From assembly GCA_965649765.1 (NCBI GenBank), contig OZ287750.1, forward strand, positions 16,988,001 to 17,052,000: DNA of 64,000 bases. The letters are read 5' to 3'. Of this stretch, positions 52,238 through 64,000 are shown in pieces. Below the pieces are notes generated by a model. The model searched no databases. It was not told the DNA's origin and saw nothing but the letters and a program-made list of their open reading frames with translations. A program made the translations under genes and the position numbers. This DNA is from Bispira polyomma. Taxonomy: Eukaryota. Within the stretch, counting starts at the first letter, position 1. The number at the start of each line of letters is the position of its first letter.

Positions 52238-53207
52238 GATTTTTGTATATTCTCTGATTATGTTCTTTCAAAAACTTTCTTTCCAAGCTTCCTTTGTTTC
52301 AGTTTAAATGCACTTTTGTTTTTCTTTTATAAAGTTATGTTATTATTCAGTGTTTTCTGATTTTTTTTAGCCCTGTAATACTTGATATACGTATAAATTA
52401 TTGTTGCTTCTCTGTATTATTTTCACACGAGGTGTATAACTTTTACTTTCTTTGTGTTGTTAATAGTAAAGAAAGGAAATCCAATATAAAAGTTTTTAAA
52501 TAGCAATATATAAATCAACACACTGATCTCTTTTTCACTCACTACTAACAGACATGCATGCGGTTTGCTTCCCCTCAATGAACTGAATACTGCCAAGCCT
52601 CTCTCTCTCACTCCCCCCCTCCTGCTATTTACTATCAGACCAATAGTATTCCACTCCTCCTACAAACAGCAGATGTGCATTCAGGCCAAGACAAGCCAAC
52701 CTTTATGCATTAACAAAGCCCCTTATAAATATTTGACAAAATCCCGCTCTTTCTCCTTTTCTCTCCCTCTGGCTGACTGACTGTGTGTGTGTGTGTATGC
52801 AAATGGCTGAGAGATCTCCAAATAGCCTTTGGGAGGCTGCCCTTTTGTGAGTGTCAATTAACAAAACCACACAGACACAAAAAACACAAGGCTCTAAGAG
52901 TGGAAAGCTTTTACAACATACACAGAAACGCACACTGAAAAAGCTCACAAAAATCTGCCCTGGATGCTTGGTGTACAAAGAGAGAATGTTACAGATTAGG
53001 TGTTTTTGCTTCCAAATGCAAGTGGCAAATGCTAGTGAAAGCTCCCAAAACCCCAGAGTTTATATAACCAACAAGTGGCATGAGAGGTGTCCATATGGAC
53101 AAGTGTGATTGAAAAGAATTCTGCTATGTTGGAAATTAATTACATAGCTTAGACAAAGGGACCACAAAGACAAGAAAGGACTGTGATTGGATTGGCTGGC
53201 AGTAGGG

Positions 53208-53416
53208 CAGGGGCGTAGCTACCATTAACGCCAGTACGCCCAGGCGTACCAATTTAATGACAAGAAAGAAAAAAAAAAATATTTAAATTTCCGTTTATTC
53301 TGTTTGTTTTATTAATAACATAGATTTTTGTTGTTAAATAAAATTTTATTTGGTACTCCCCAATAATTAAACCAGAATATTATGTGTTAACGTGAAAAAT
53401 CCTGGCTACTCCCCTG
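53208..53416. mobile_element. Non-autonomous DNA transposon (MITE)
   Basis: TIRs CAGGGGCGTAGC and GCTACTCCCCTG, with a GTAGGG direct repeat at the junctions. Confidence 0.7.
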
Positions 53417-55115
53417 TAGGGTGACACTTCTCACCCCATGAGGTCCCTAAAACTTGCTAATCACTTCCTATTGTTTCAGTAAAAAGTGAGGGGTGGGTGG
53501 GTGGGTGGTGTTAGGGGCAATTAGCAGAGGTATACACAAAATGTATTAACTTTATTCTTTCTATGGGTGTGTCAAGTACACCTGGACTTGATTGTTAATC
53601 CTACTTGGGACAGTTTGGCAAACATCATTGTGCTTTCTTTAATAATGGTTTTATAGTATCAGAGGTTTGTCTTAACATGTATTGAAATTTTCTCTGTGAA
53701 GAATGATCCCATTTACTAAATTAATTATGATATAATTATGTTCTTTCATCTTTTATATTCATTACTAGGCATCCCCATTTTGACAATGAAGCTTAGAACT
53801 AACATCATTTTGTCAGTTTCTATTGATATTCAAAACCAGTTTTGAATCAGATAACCTATAATTTTCCATCTAGCATTATACAGCCCATGCCTATGAATAA
53901 TTTAATAACTGTAAAATGAGTTATTGTAGATAGTGCATCAACTATTGATTATGTATACTTTGCACATAAATACCTGGTTTTTTCACAAATAACTGTTACT
54001 TGTTTCAAATGCTAACAACCAAGAGAAAATTAATTGCATTAAATATGATATGTCTTTTAACATCAGCTATTACAAAGCTAAGGGTCTATATCTGAAGTGG
54101 GCTAAACCTGCATATTTAACTAGATAAATGTGAAATGTAATTTCTTTGTTGTGAAAACCAATAGATGGGGTATGGTAAAATATGGTAAATATTTAAAATC
54201 TTGTATCAATGGTTCTATCAACAAAAACCTTTTTATATAAAACATAAAATATCTTCCTTTTGCAACAATATTCGTTATACTCTGTTTTGAGTTCAAATTG
54301 AATGGCTTACATTATAAAGCAGTATGTTTTTTTTTTCAGCCCTCCTACAAAAAATACTTTGTAAATACAATGATGTCTGATCCAGAAACCCAATATCTTT
54401 ATTGCATCTACTGATTACTCACTGTATAAATAAGGCCATCAGTTTGTGTTCTAAGGCCAGTAATAACAGGAATTAGTCATCTCAATTTTTGGCACTACAC
54501 TGTTACATTGCAGCAATGACACAACAGTACTCAGGGGGCACATTTGTAGTATTTGGGACTGTAACCAGGAAACCTCTTCCACAATTGATGGTATGCATAG
54601 TTGATAATAGTTTTCCATATATTGAATACTACATACTAGACCCTGTACATGTCCAGTGTCCATAGCAAAATTGCTTTTTATACTTATGGCTATTTCCAAT
54701 ATCAACTTTATAACATAATTGAAAACTAGAATTTTTAAATTGTTCGGAGCAGGATACTGGTTCCCTTTCAAGAGAAATTCGATTTATACTGGTTTTAGTG
54801 ACAGAGAGGTTATTGTATTTGCATGTATTATATACAATATGAAGGATAACAAATGACATGTACAAAAAGGGTGGAAATTAATAACACATTGAGAGAGGTA
54901 ACAAAATACACAGCACTGATTTCTGGACACATGTATTGTTGCGTATGTTGCTTATAAATGAATTCTCAGACACGACTTATGGTGGTCAATCAAGTCCTTT
55001 CAATAAGTAAGGTTATTAGCACAATTCAATATATACCATATTCCTATCATTTCCTAGCATTTTATGACTTTGTTATTTATTTTTTTCACAGCATCTATTT
55101 TGCTAATAGTTTATA

Positions 55116-55289
55116 CAGTCAAAACCCTTTGAGTGGAAATCTGTTAAGACAATTTCCATCTTATGTGAAGTAAACCTTTAAAACCACAAAGACCATTCCA
55201 TTTAAAATCGACACTGTTAAGTGAAAATCCTGCTTAAGTAGAAGTATTTTATCTAATCCCTAGAGGTTCGACTTAAAGGGCTTTGACTG
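55116..55289. mobile_element. Tc1/pogo-type MITE with TA TSD
   Basis: TA|CAGTCAAAACCCTTTGAGT...ACTTAAAGGGCTTTGACTG|TA. Confidence 0.7.
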
Positions 55290-58200
55290 TATTCTGAAAT
55301 AAAGTGACCTGTTTACTTGGTGAAAACAAAGACAAAGTATTTTAGGTACTTTTGTAGATTCATGAATATATTCAATATTTTATACAGTATAATGAATACA
55401 AAAAATGTTAAGCCTTCTGTGTGAAGTTAATCACAACATCGTGTAACACAATACACTTGTTTAGAAACTTATCAGACAAGGAATCTCAAACTTCAATGTA
55501 TCTCCCTTTAGTTTAGTTTAAGTGTTAACATAATATATAAAAGTGATGCAAAGTAAAAAAAAAAAACCCAAAAATTATAATCTGCGCTAAGATTGTTAAA
55601 ACTATTCAACGTTACCATAGTAATGATTGATATTCTTAAGTCAGCTCTGTAACTTAAACGAAAGAGAGGAAATAAATATGCAGCTCTTATGATCATCTTA
55701 AAGTTATTTGGCAGCCTTTTTTACCTATGTGCTTGGAACTTTTAACATGCCATTATAAAGCCTATGAATTATCAATGACTGAAGTCTGGCTAATAGGAGT
55801 GTACTTTTTGGCCACCATCCACTCCACTAGTCATCCCTGTGAGACATTTTAGTTTTCCATAACATCCACACATAGACAGTAGCCTGGCTGAGGATTAATA
55901 GGACAACTGGAGCTCTTCTTCTCATTTCTGCCTCTCACACCTCTGTCATTGTGGGGTTGTATCTCGGTCATGGCTTGTATGTGTGAGGAAAGTCGGCAGT
56001 AGATCTGATGAATGAAGGCTGGTGGTATGCAGAGCAGAAAACCTTGACCAACAGCCCTAATAACAACTGCCCAGTCGTTAATCATGTTAAAATCCAAACT
56101 AAACCGAGTCTTATTTTTAGCCCTTATTATTTTCTAACAAGGTTTTTATTAAGAATGATATGTAATGTAACTTTTTTAATACAAGATGTGCTCTTACCAG
56201 AGTGCATATGTGGCTTTGAGTAGTAAACAAAACAGAGTACGATTTCGTATACAGACGTATTGGATAAATATCCTGACAAAGGTTTCTCTCAGAGGCTGAC
56301 TTCATGATTATAATCAATATTAATCTAATGAAATCAGAATTTATGGTGTTTAATCTTCCTAATGGCAGATGCTAAGGTGCATGAATCAATATTAGCATTT
56401 GAGTCTGTGTAGTGTACAAAAGGAGATTTTTCAAAGTTTCCCATGCGCAGCCAAAAAGTAAAAACATACACTGTAAAAAGCTGAACATCCTTTTTTTATA
56501 CAGGTACTACCTGAAAGAAGGCCAGTATATTTATAAAAATATTTATAACCTCCATTATTCTAACAAGTTGGGGAGCATGACTTTATTGGGTAAAAAGAAG
56601 GTTCTATATGGTGTATATATCATGGCCTGGTTTTCTGGCCAAAACGAGTCTTCACAAGACCACTTGGCTGGGCAAACTATGGCACAGTCAAACCATTTGT
56701 AGATTAACTTCTGTATGTTGGCTGATAAAATATGTGAATGTACAGTAGTATGTTTCCCTTTGTGCTTATTCTAGCATATCAAAATAACATTACCTTATCA
56801 AATGAAAATATACATGTAGACGTTTTTTTAAAACTTTTTTGTTGTTTGAAAATGTAATAAATATAAAATAATGACAAATAAGGACAGGTACACATTGTGT
56901 ATAGAAAAATAGAATAAACTTGAAAAACTTACAAATAACTTTACTTGTTTGGTAAATTATAGTAGTTCTATCTTTAAAGACCATCAATTTGAGGTACAGT
57001 ATCAGCTGTTTCAATCTTTTTGTATTTTAATATTTATGTGTTTTATGGAAGTTAAGTAATGCTGAGATATGTATAATTATATTATCCCATAGATGGAGGT
57101 ATTGTGTAAAGTGATTATTGAGTCTTGGTCAGTCACAGTAAAACAGCATTAATTCTGGTAATACAATTAGTATTTATGTGTTGTGAAGAACGAAAACAAA
57201 TTCTGACTGTTTTAAATATAATATACCAATACTTTAAATATGTAGACAGCTTTTACTCAGTATATAACGTGTGGATACGGGTGGATAAGGCCAGCTGAAT
57301 AATTATTAATTTACTTAGTGTTATCTAAATACTATGTTACCTAATATTCACTGCAGAACTGAATTAATTACCAATCATAAGTTAAAGAAATCTTTAGTAA
57401 GTAGAGGTATTTTGTTCTGGTTGTTTTAAATTTGACTTTAACATGACTATAGTGTGATCTCTACTTTGACCAGACAGGTAAAAATATTTGTGACAATAAT
57501 AATATAAAATAAACAAAGAGAGAAACCAACACAAGTTGTATGGGTAAAAAGCCGACCCAAACAAAGACTGTTAAATAATGTAAAATACAACACCAAGAAA
57601 AATATTATTGTTGTTGTCCATTTATTATTTATTATAAAGACGCTGGTTAGAGAATATTTAATGAGGAGAAGTAAACAGATGGTAGGGTAGCCCCTTGCTT
57701 GATCTTTTGAACTCATGTTTTCTTCTGTCTTCTTCCTTCATCTTCACTGGCCAATGGAATTCATCCAAACAGTTTAGTTTCAATTGTATTCAATAAAGGC
57801 ATGATCGGATAAACCTCGAAAAATCTTAAGTGTATTACTAACATCTAAATGTAAGTTTTTTTGCACATGAATGTACTTGGAAATGTGGTACAAGTCCTAT
57901 CAGATTGTTTTTTTTTATAGCTTGATCGATCGAACATGATGCGACGCGAATATATAAGTATTAGAACCTTTGAGAATATTACCCTTCAAATTATACCTCT
58001 TTAAAACATTAAGGAAAATTTAAAGTATTTAGTAATGGTCAAGTGTCTGTACATGTCAACGGGTGGTCATCAGATGTTCTGTGTGATTTAGACCAATTAG
58101 AATATTTCAAGATGAACCTTTTTATTAGATGTACCTAAGTAGCTTGTGAGTAAGCACTACATCTCTTTATACCAGGGACAAAAAAAATGTATTCATGCTG

Positions 58201-58854
58201 CCAACACATGAGTAATAACCATCTCATCTTGGACAAAGAAGTGGCAGTTAACCAGTGTCTAAATGTTAACGAGTTGACCTGGTGCTGGGGTATCAGATTC
58301 TTTCCAGTGAATATCAAATCACAGTAATTTTTTAATAGTATCCCTGTCTTTCACTGTGTGTATGAATCAATGTAATATTTGTTTTACTGATCACATGACT
58401 TCTCTATTTAAACTCAATTCGTAAAATATTATAGGTAAATGTTAAGCTTTGAGTGTACTTTCAGACACATTAATGCAAGTCATACCAACATTTGTTTGAC
58501 TAATATTAATATCAGTACCTTTACATTGCTTGATTGCTCGACAATCATCTAAATATACATTTATGTACATGTTATTACTGTACATTGACAACTCGATAAT
58601 ATTTATATCAGTATTGCAGATATAGTATGACTAATATTCATATCAATCTGACTACTACTATTTTGTACAGTAATGTACTTAGAAGCAGAGTATGACTAAT
58701 ATGTACATTAGTGTACATTTACAGCAAAAGTCAGACTAATATTTATATCAGTTTGACCGTTATTTTTATCAGTCTGAATAATATTAATATTAGTGTACCT
58801 ACAGTTACAGTCTTATTACCATTTACATCAGTTACAGTCTTACTAATATTTACA

Positions 58855-59100
58855 TTATTATTATTATAATAAAAGCATTTACTTAGTGCCTATTGGTATA
58901 TAATCCTCTAAGATGCTTTTCCAAAGCAAAGGGACAGTCGTCCTACAGCATAGCCTGGGTCGTCATCAGTAGGCAATTATGGCGTGTTTACATCTAGCCC
59001 AAGGATGTTATTCCACCAATAAACCTAGTGACAATAGTCAGAGTTGATCCTGGGACCTTGCAATTACCAGACCAACTCCCTAACCACTAGATCACAGGAG
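58855..59100 (-). mobile_element. tRNA-derived SINE (CORE-like) with (TAA)n tail
   Basis: Minus strand has A-box-like TGATCTAGTGGTTAG, B-box-like GGATCAACTC, CCTTGGGCTAG and a TAA-repeat tail. Confidence 0.6.
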
Positions 59101-59251
59101 GCTACTAAGCATAGTCTATTAATAATAGCAGTATTCTTACAGGCATAGTCTGAATACCACCTAATGTTAATATTTACATCAGTATACTTACAGGGTTACT
59201 CATTTTTATGTCAATATAATTACAGATATAGTCCAACACTTAAAATAATTA

Positions 59252-59707
59252 AGGGTGTTACAACATATCGAAAACTCAATATATCCCAATATCCCATTAT
59301 GTTTTTGCAATACAATATATTGCAATATGAAATTTGATAAGCAATACTTATTGGATACATCATTTTTTGCAGTAAACTCTTTGAATATCGCTCACTTCTT
59401 GATTTTCTAGAAATAAGGTATAAAAGTATACAAGATATTTGTCAGCAACAGAATCAGATATAAAGCAATGCTTGCAGTCTACACTGAATAATTTGAATAT
59501 CACTAAAAAAATTCGCCATTTTTACAGTTTGTTTTAAGATCACCGATGCCAATATTGACTGTAAAAGCATTTGTGCATGGGCAGAAACTCATTTGACTTG
59601 AATTTGTGCAAAAGTATTATTCTTCAATATATTGCAATATGTATTGTGAATATGACTGGAATATCCGGGTATATTTGAATATTATTTTATGGCAAAATAC
59701 ACACCCT
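59252..59707. mobile_element. Old hAT-like MITE
   Basis: AGGGTGT...ACACCCT ends with subterminal CAATAT/ATATTG repeats. Confidence 0.4.
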
Positions 59708-59722
59708 TGATAGTATACTCAC

Positions 59723-59802
59723 AGGCATAGTCTGACTACCATGTAGTGCGTTAATGGCTGATTGGGCTTCTGTGTGGCTCGTGAACTTTACAAATGCACA
59801 AC
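59723..59802 (-). CDS. CELF4: CELF3-6/Bruno-3-like RNA-binding protein, RRM2 exon
   Basis: tatttcAG|GT TGT GCA...ATG CCT|GTGAGT. Reads [27 protein letters not shown]. The symbol marks the CELF3-6 subfamily, not one-to-one orthology. Confidence 0.93.
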
Positions 59803-62800
59803 CTGAAATACAGAAGAAACTTCTATAAGAATACATATAAACAGCCTCCTCTTTATCCATTACAAATATATCATGAATCTGTATAGTAATATTTAATAGA
59901 AACTAATTATTTTGAAAAAAAGAGAGTTAATTTTATTTAGTGCTTCAAGAAATTTACAACTAATTTTTTCCAAAAAAATTAATAACATAATAAAATTCTG
60001 CAAAAATAACAGAATTAACATTGTATAAGATGGATTTTTTCCCCCTGTAAGTTTAATTGATATGATAAAGTTTATAGAATTTTCTTTAAAATTTAACGTT
60101 GTTTTATACTGTTGTTGTTCCTTGATCAGGTCATTAGAGTGCACACAAAAATAACACCCAAAAAAACAAAACCACTAAAACAATATTAATCACTCAAACT
60201 TATAAAGAGCACATTTTTGATGGATAGATACCTTAATAAGCTATCAGTAATAGATTCCTTAATAAGCTATCAGTAATAATATAACCAATCACTGCTTCTT
60301 TCCACTCGTTTTTCAACCATCGCCCTTTTTTACCTTTACATTATAAACTGTGCACTGCTGCTTAAAACAGTAGTATTTTTAACTCGCCAAGTACCACAAA
60401 CCTAGCATACATAACTATAACAACTTATCCAAACTATTTTGTTATGTACCTTTACCTGTTTAATCAATACAATCCTGTGACACAACGAAAATTTAACTTT
60501 CAAAAATATCACACAAATCGTAGTCAGTGCTGCTAAATTTTTTTTTCACAACAACACTTGAACCTCCTCTTCCATAACATCAGCGTACATACTGAGTGAG
60601 TGGTGGTTACATTGACAGTTACAAAGGTACACAGGTATTTCAAACAACTGTTCATAGACTCCTATTACCCCCTAGAGTCACCTGTCACCTAGCCATTAAA
60701 GCTAAAAAACAACCTTTTCCTATCAATAAAAACAAAGCACGCAGTTCTATTAGTCGCAGAGCTGATATTTATTAGAGAACGTCGCAGCTCCCATTTTTGC
60801 ATTTCTGCATTATGCATCCTTTATTGACCATTTTAATAGAGCAAATAAAATGACTTGCAGAACAAACAACAATGTCCTTAAAACATTGAGAGGGGATGAC
60901 AACGTTTCACAGCTCTACATATACCTGACATGGAAATGGACATTTGTATCAGTTATTCATTGACTGAAATGCTCAACAGACTTTAAGGCTACCTTAAACT
61001 CATTCACTAAGTTTGTACTGGAATTTTCATAGCCAAAAGTCCTAATGTGACTGTGTGTAATGAATGGAGGGTCTCTATCGATAGCTACTGCCCTAAGACT
61101 GTAATTAAGCCCCTTTTCCTCATTATTATATAGTAGAAGGCAGTAGTTTACCTCTGGATTACAGAGATGCAGTATTAGCAATAGCACCACCAGGGACAAT
61201 GTATAGCTTGCTGGCTAGCAAGTCTGTCATTTTCTGACTGGAGAGAGGAGCTATACTGCCATAGTCTGCCATATAGAACAGCTACATGTACTATAGTATG
61301 ACATGTGAGTCACTTTACAGAGACAAAACCATTCATCACCTGATAGTTACTGTGAGTGAAAAGAAACCCCCCCACCCCAGACTCACTAGTCCGTGTGCAT
61401 TCTTTGCTGGCAACTAGAGTGGATCATGAAATAATACATGAAGCAAAACCTGGACTTAAACCAACCAACATCAGAGAGAAAAAACACACTTATGCCTCCA
61501 TGTTAAACTCTACACAAAGCCTGCCTATCAGAGTCACTCTATTGTTAGATTCGTAACCTCATATGAATAATTGATTAATATAGCGTTTGGTGTTTTTTGA
61601 GTCACTTAACAGCGGAATACATTATTGTGCGTGTGTGTGCTGTATTTATAGATTATTTTGTTAAAAGGCTTGCACAATGGGGACAGAATTTGGAGACCTG
61701 GTCACAAAAGAGCTGTACTCCATGGCTCATATGGGAAGAGGTTAGTAGACTTCTGATACTAGTGATACCAGGCCAGCGTGTACACAAAGACAGGGGTTTG
61801 GTAGGTCCAGAAATAGACCTACTGAAGGTACCATAAGATCATGTAGACAAAGATAGGGTTTTGTATGAAATAGACCTATTAAAGGTGCCAGAGCATCATG
61901 TAGACAGATCTTTGTCTTGGCAGGTGCAATATCTTGCTCTAAAAGAGTAACTTCTATTATCTGAATTTCTATTATCCGAATATTCAATATTCAAATTTCA
62001 ATCTCATTTCAACTCTCCCACATTTATGTTTTCCTACTGTTTTATACAGAAATGCGTCTTATATACTAAAAATCTTCCATTATGTCAATAGACTGTTGCT
62101 CTCCCAACATGTTCGGATAACAGAGGATCTACTGAAGGTACCACAGCATCATGTAGACAAAGGGCAGAGGCTCGATCCCCTGGAGCTTGTTCCTCTGAAT
62201 ATCATGTGAGGGAGTATGAGTATGTCAAGAGATAGGACTGCCACTAAAACACCCATTTCAGCCTAAGCTACTCCCACCTTAGGGGCATGCATAATGAGTG
62301 AGTAATAGTATACCACAAAAAGAAACACAACCAATAGCTTTATCTCTGGGGGGTGGAGTAAAAATTAAGTCATTGCTAAGGTAGACAAAAAACACTGTCA
62401 TCACACACATGTCAGATCATCTACAAAAGGAATTAACGGTTTAAAATTAAATAAGGGTTTCTATATCAGATGTCAGGGCATTTAGAAGAATAACGGTTTA
62501 AAATTATAATGCCTTTTAAAAATATATATAGTTTTTTATGTGCACTTTCTATATTTCTTTTGAACACATTTTATACAATGTCTATTTTCACAATTATATG
62601 GCACCATTGAGTAATCCATAGCCAAAATAAACAAGCTTTGTGCCCAAGACTACTAAGTCAGTCATTTGTATAAATAAATACTAGTCATTTTCTCTTTCCA
62701 TTTCCATTTGTGACATTTTAACAGTAAGTCATGTTTTTTCCTGCTCAATATATTTACACAGCACCCCTGTCTCTTGAATAAATTTCAGAGTTATTTATGG

Positions 62801-64000
62801 CGTTTTTTCACATTAAATTGCAATAGAGAGATAATTTAGGGCAAACAAATTGACATTTTGCATGCCACAGCCCTCCTTTTTATACTTATTACTCAGGCAT
62901 CAGGAATAGCGATTTTTGCTTTCACAGCTTATAAGACATGCAGTACACGGCTACTGCTTGATAAAATCAATTTTATCACCATGGATACATGGGGTGGGTG
63001 GTGCCAACTGATGGGGTGTCTCACAGAACAGGATGTTCATTTAAAATGTCAACATGCATGTCACCTGGCTTTCAATATGCAAACTTGTAATTCTTACGTG
63101 TCATAACAGGTTGCATCATGAAGACTGTTGACTAAAATAAAGCACACATAGTACTCTTACATATACAAAGTCTCAGAGACATACTTTTTTACAAATAGAG
63201 GTATTTATTTAATACTAAACTTCTGTTTTATTGGTATCTTGAGAAAGCCTAGAATAACACGTTTGTTCACAAGTTAGTAATTAAACATTTCCCATGTTCA
63301 CTGTTAAAAATCTCTGCATTTACCATCAAAATTGAGTAACCTACATTAAACTTTTAAACTGTATAAGGTTTATATGTATGTATGTCATTTTTCTTTGCAC
63401 AACTATTATGAATTTTAGAAAAAAAGATTTAAGTTTAAAACTGTTGGAAAAAGGTGTTTTACCTTCAATAGAATGAATGTGAGTGGGTGTATAGGATAGA
63501 CAGCTCACATTGATCTGGCCATTTGAGATGTTGTACCCATATATTAACTGAAATCAATACACCTGCTCATTTCCACCCTTTTATCACCATCAGAGATCAT
63601 GTTTACCCCCAGCACCATTACACCACAACAAATGGAGAGCATTTATCAATATAAAGCTACAATATTGTCCCTGGTGGAGGCATTATTGGGTTATTGCTAG
63701 TTACACATCTGACAGTTCCCCTATTATACACTGCTTTGTGTTTTAAAAGCTCCTTATCGATCTTTTTTGTTTACACGCAATTCTAGACAGAATATGTGTT
63801 GCCTTGTTTTAATTTCTGCCCCAGACAAGGATCTCCGTTTGTAGAACATTAAAAAAAAAAATCTATGAGCACCCCATTTTTCATGTGGTGTCTTATGAGA
63901 AAAAGGAAACTCTTTCTTGTGGACAAATGCAGTTGGTAAATATTTGCTTACAGTTGAGTGTCACAGCAAACCTTAGAAAAAGTGCTAATGAAAGCCGCTA

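Noticed and set aside
53500-64000. Assorted 60-106 aa ORFs in the large CELF introns
   Set aside because: AT-rich chance ORFs without motifs or a convincing splice context. The upstream CELF exons (RRM1 and the start of RRM2) were not found and probably lie beyond the window.

Overview
AT-rich animal genomic DNA, probably a marine invertebrate such as a mollusc (inferred from SINE/MITE types). It holds two convergent intron-containing genes. On + are the last five coding exons of SZT2 (448-22354). On - is the 3' part of a CELF3-6/Bruno-3-like RNA-binding protein gene (RRM2 end, divergent domain and RRM3; 59802 down to 36282), followed by non-coding 3' exons and an apparently ~6 kb 3' UTR. The first SZT2 intron contains a decayed DIRS-type retrotransposon (ITRs at ~1367-1516 and ~9658-9785, plus an ICR). 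Inside it is a young Neptune-like Penelope element (4570-8666, 16-bp direct repeats). That element has an intact 800-aa RT-GIY-YIG ORF, a separate upstream ORF1 with one in-frame TAG, and a complete type I hammerhead ribozyme on the opposite strand (8519-8588). The next SZT2 intron is almost entirely a ~9.9 kb array of a 73-bp unit made of the exon 3' end plus its 5' splice site. Several other splice junctions in the window also show local duplications. MITEs, SINEs and an L2-like fragment are scattered throughout. All calls were made by eye without database searches.
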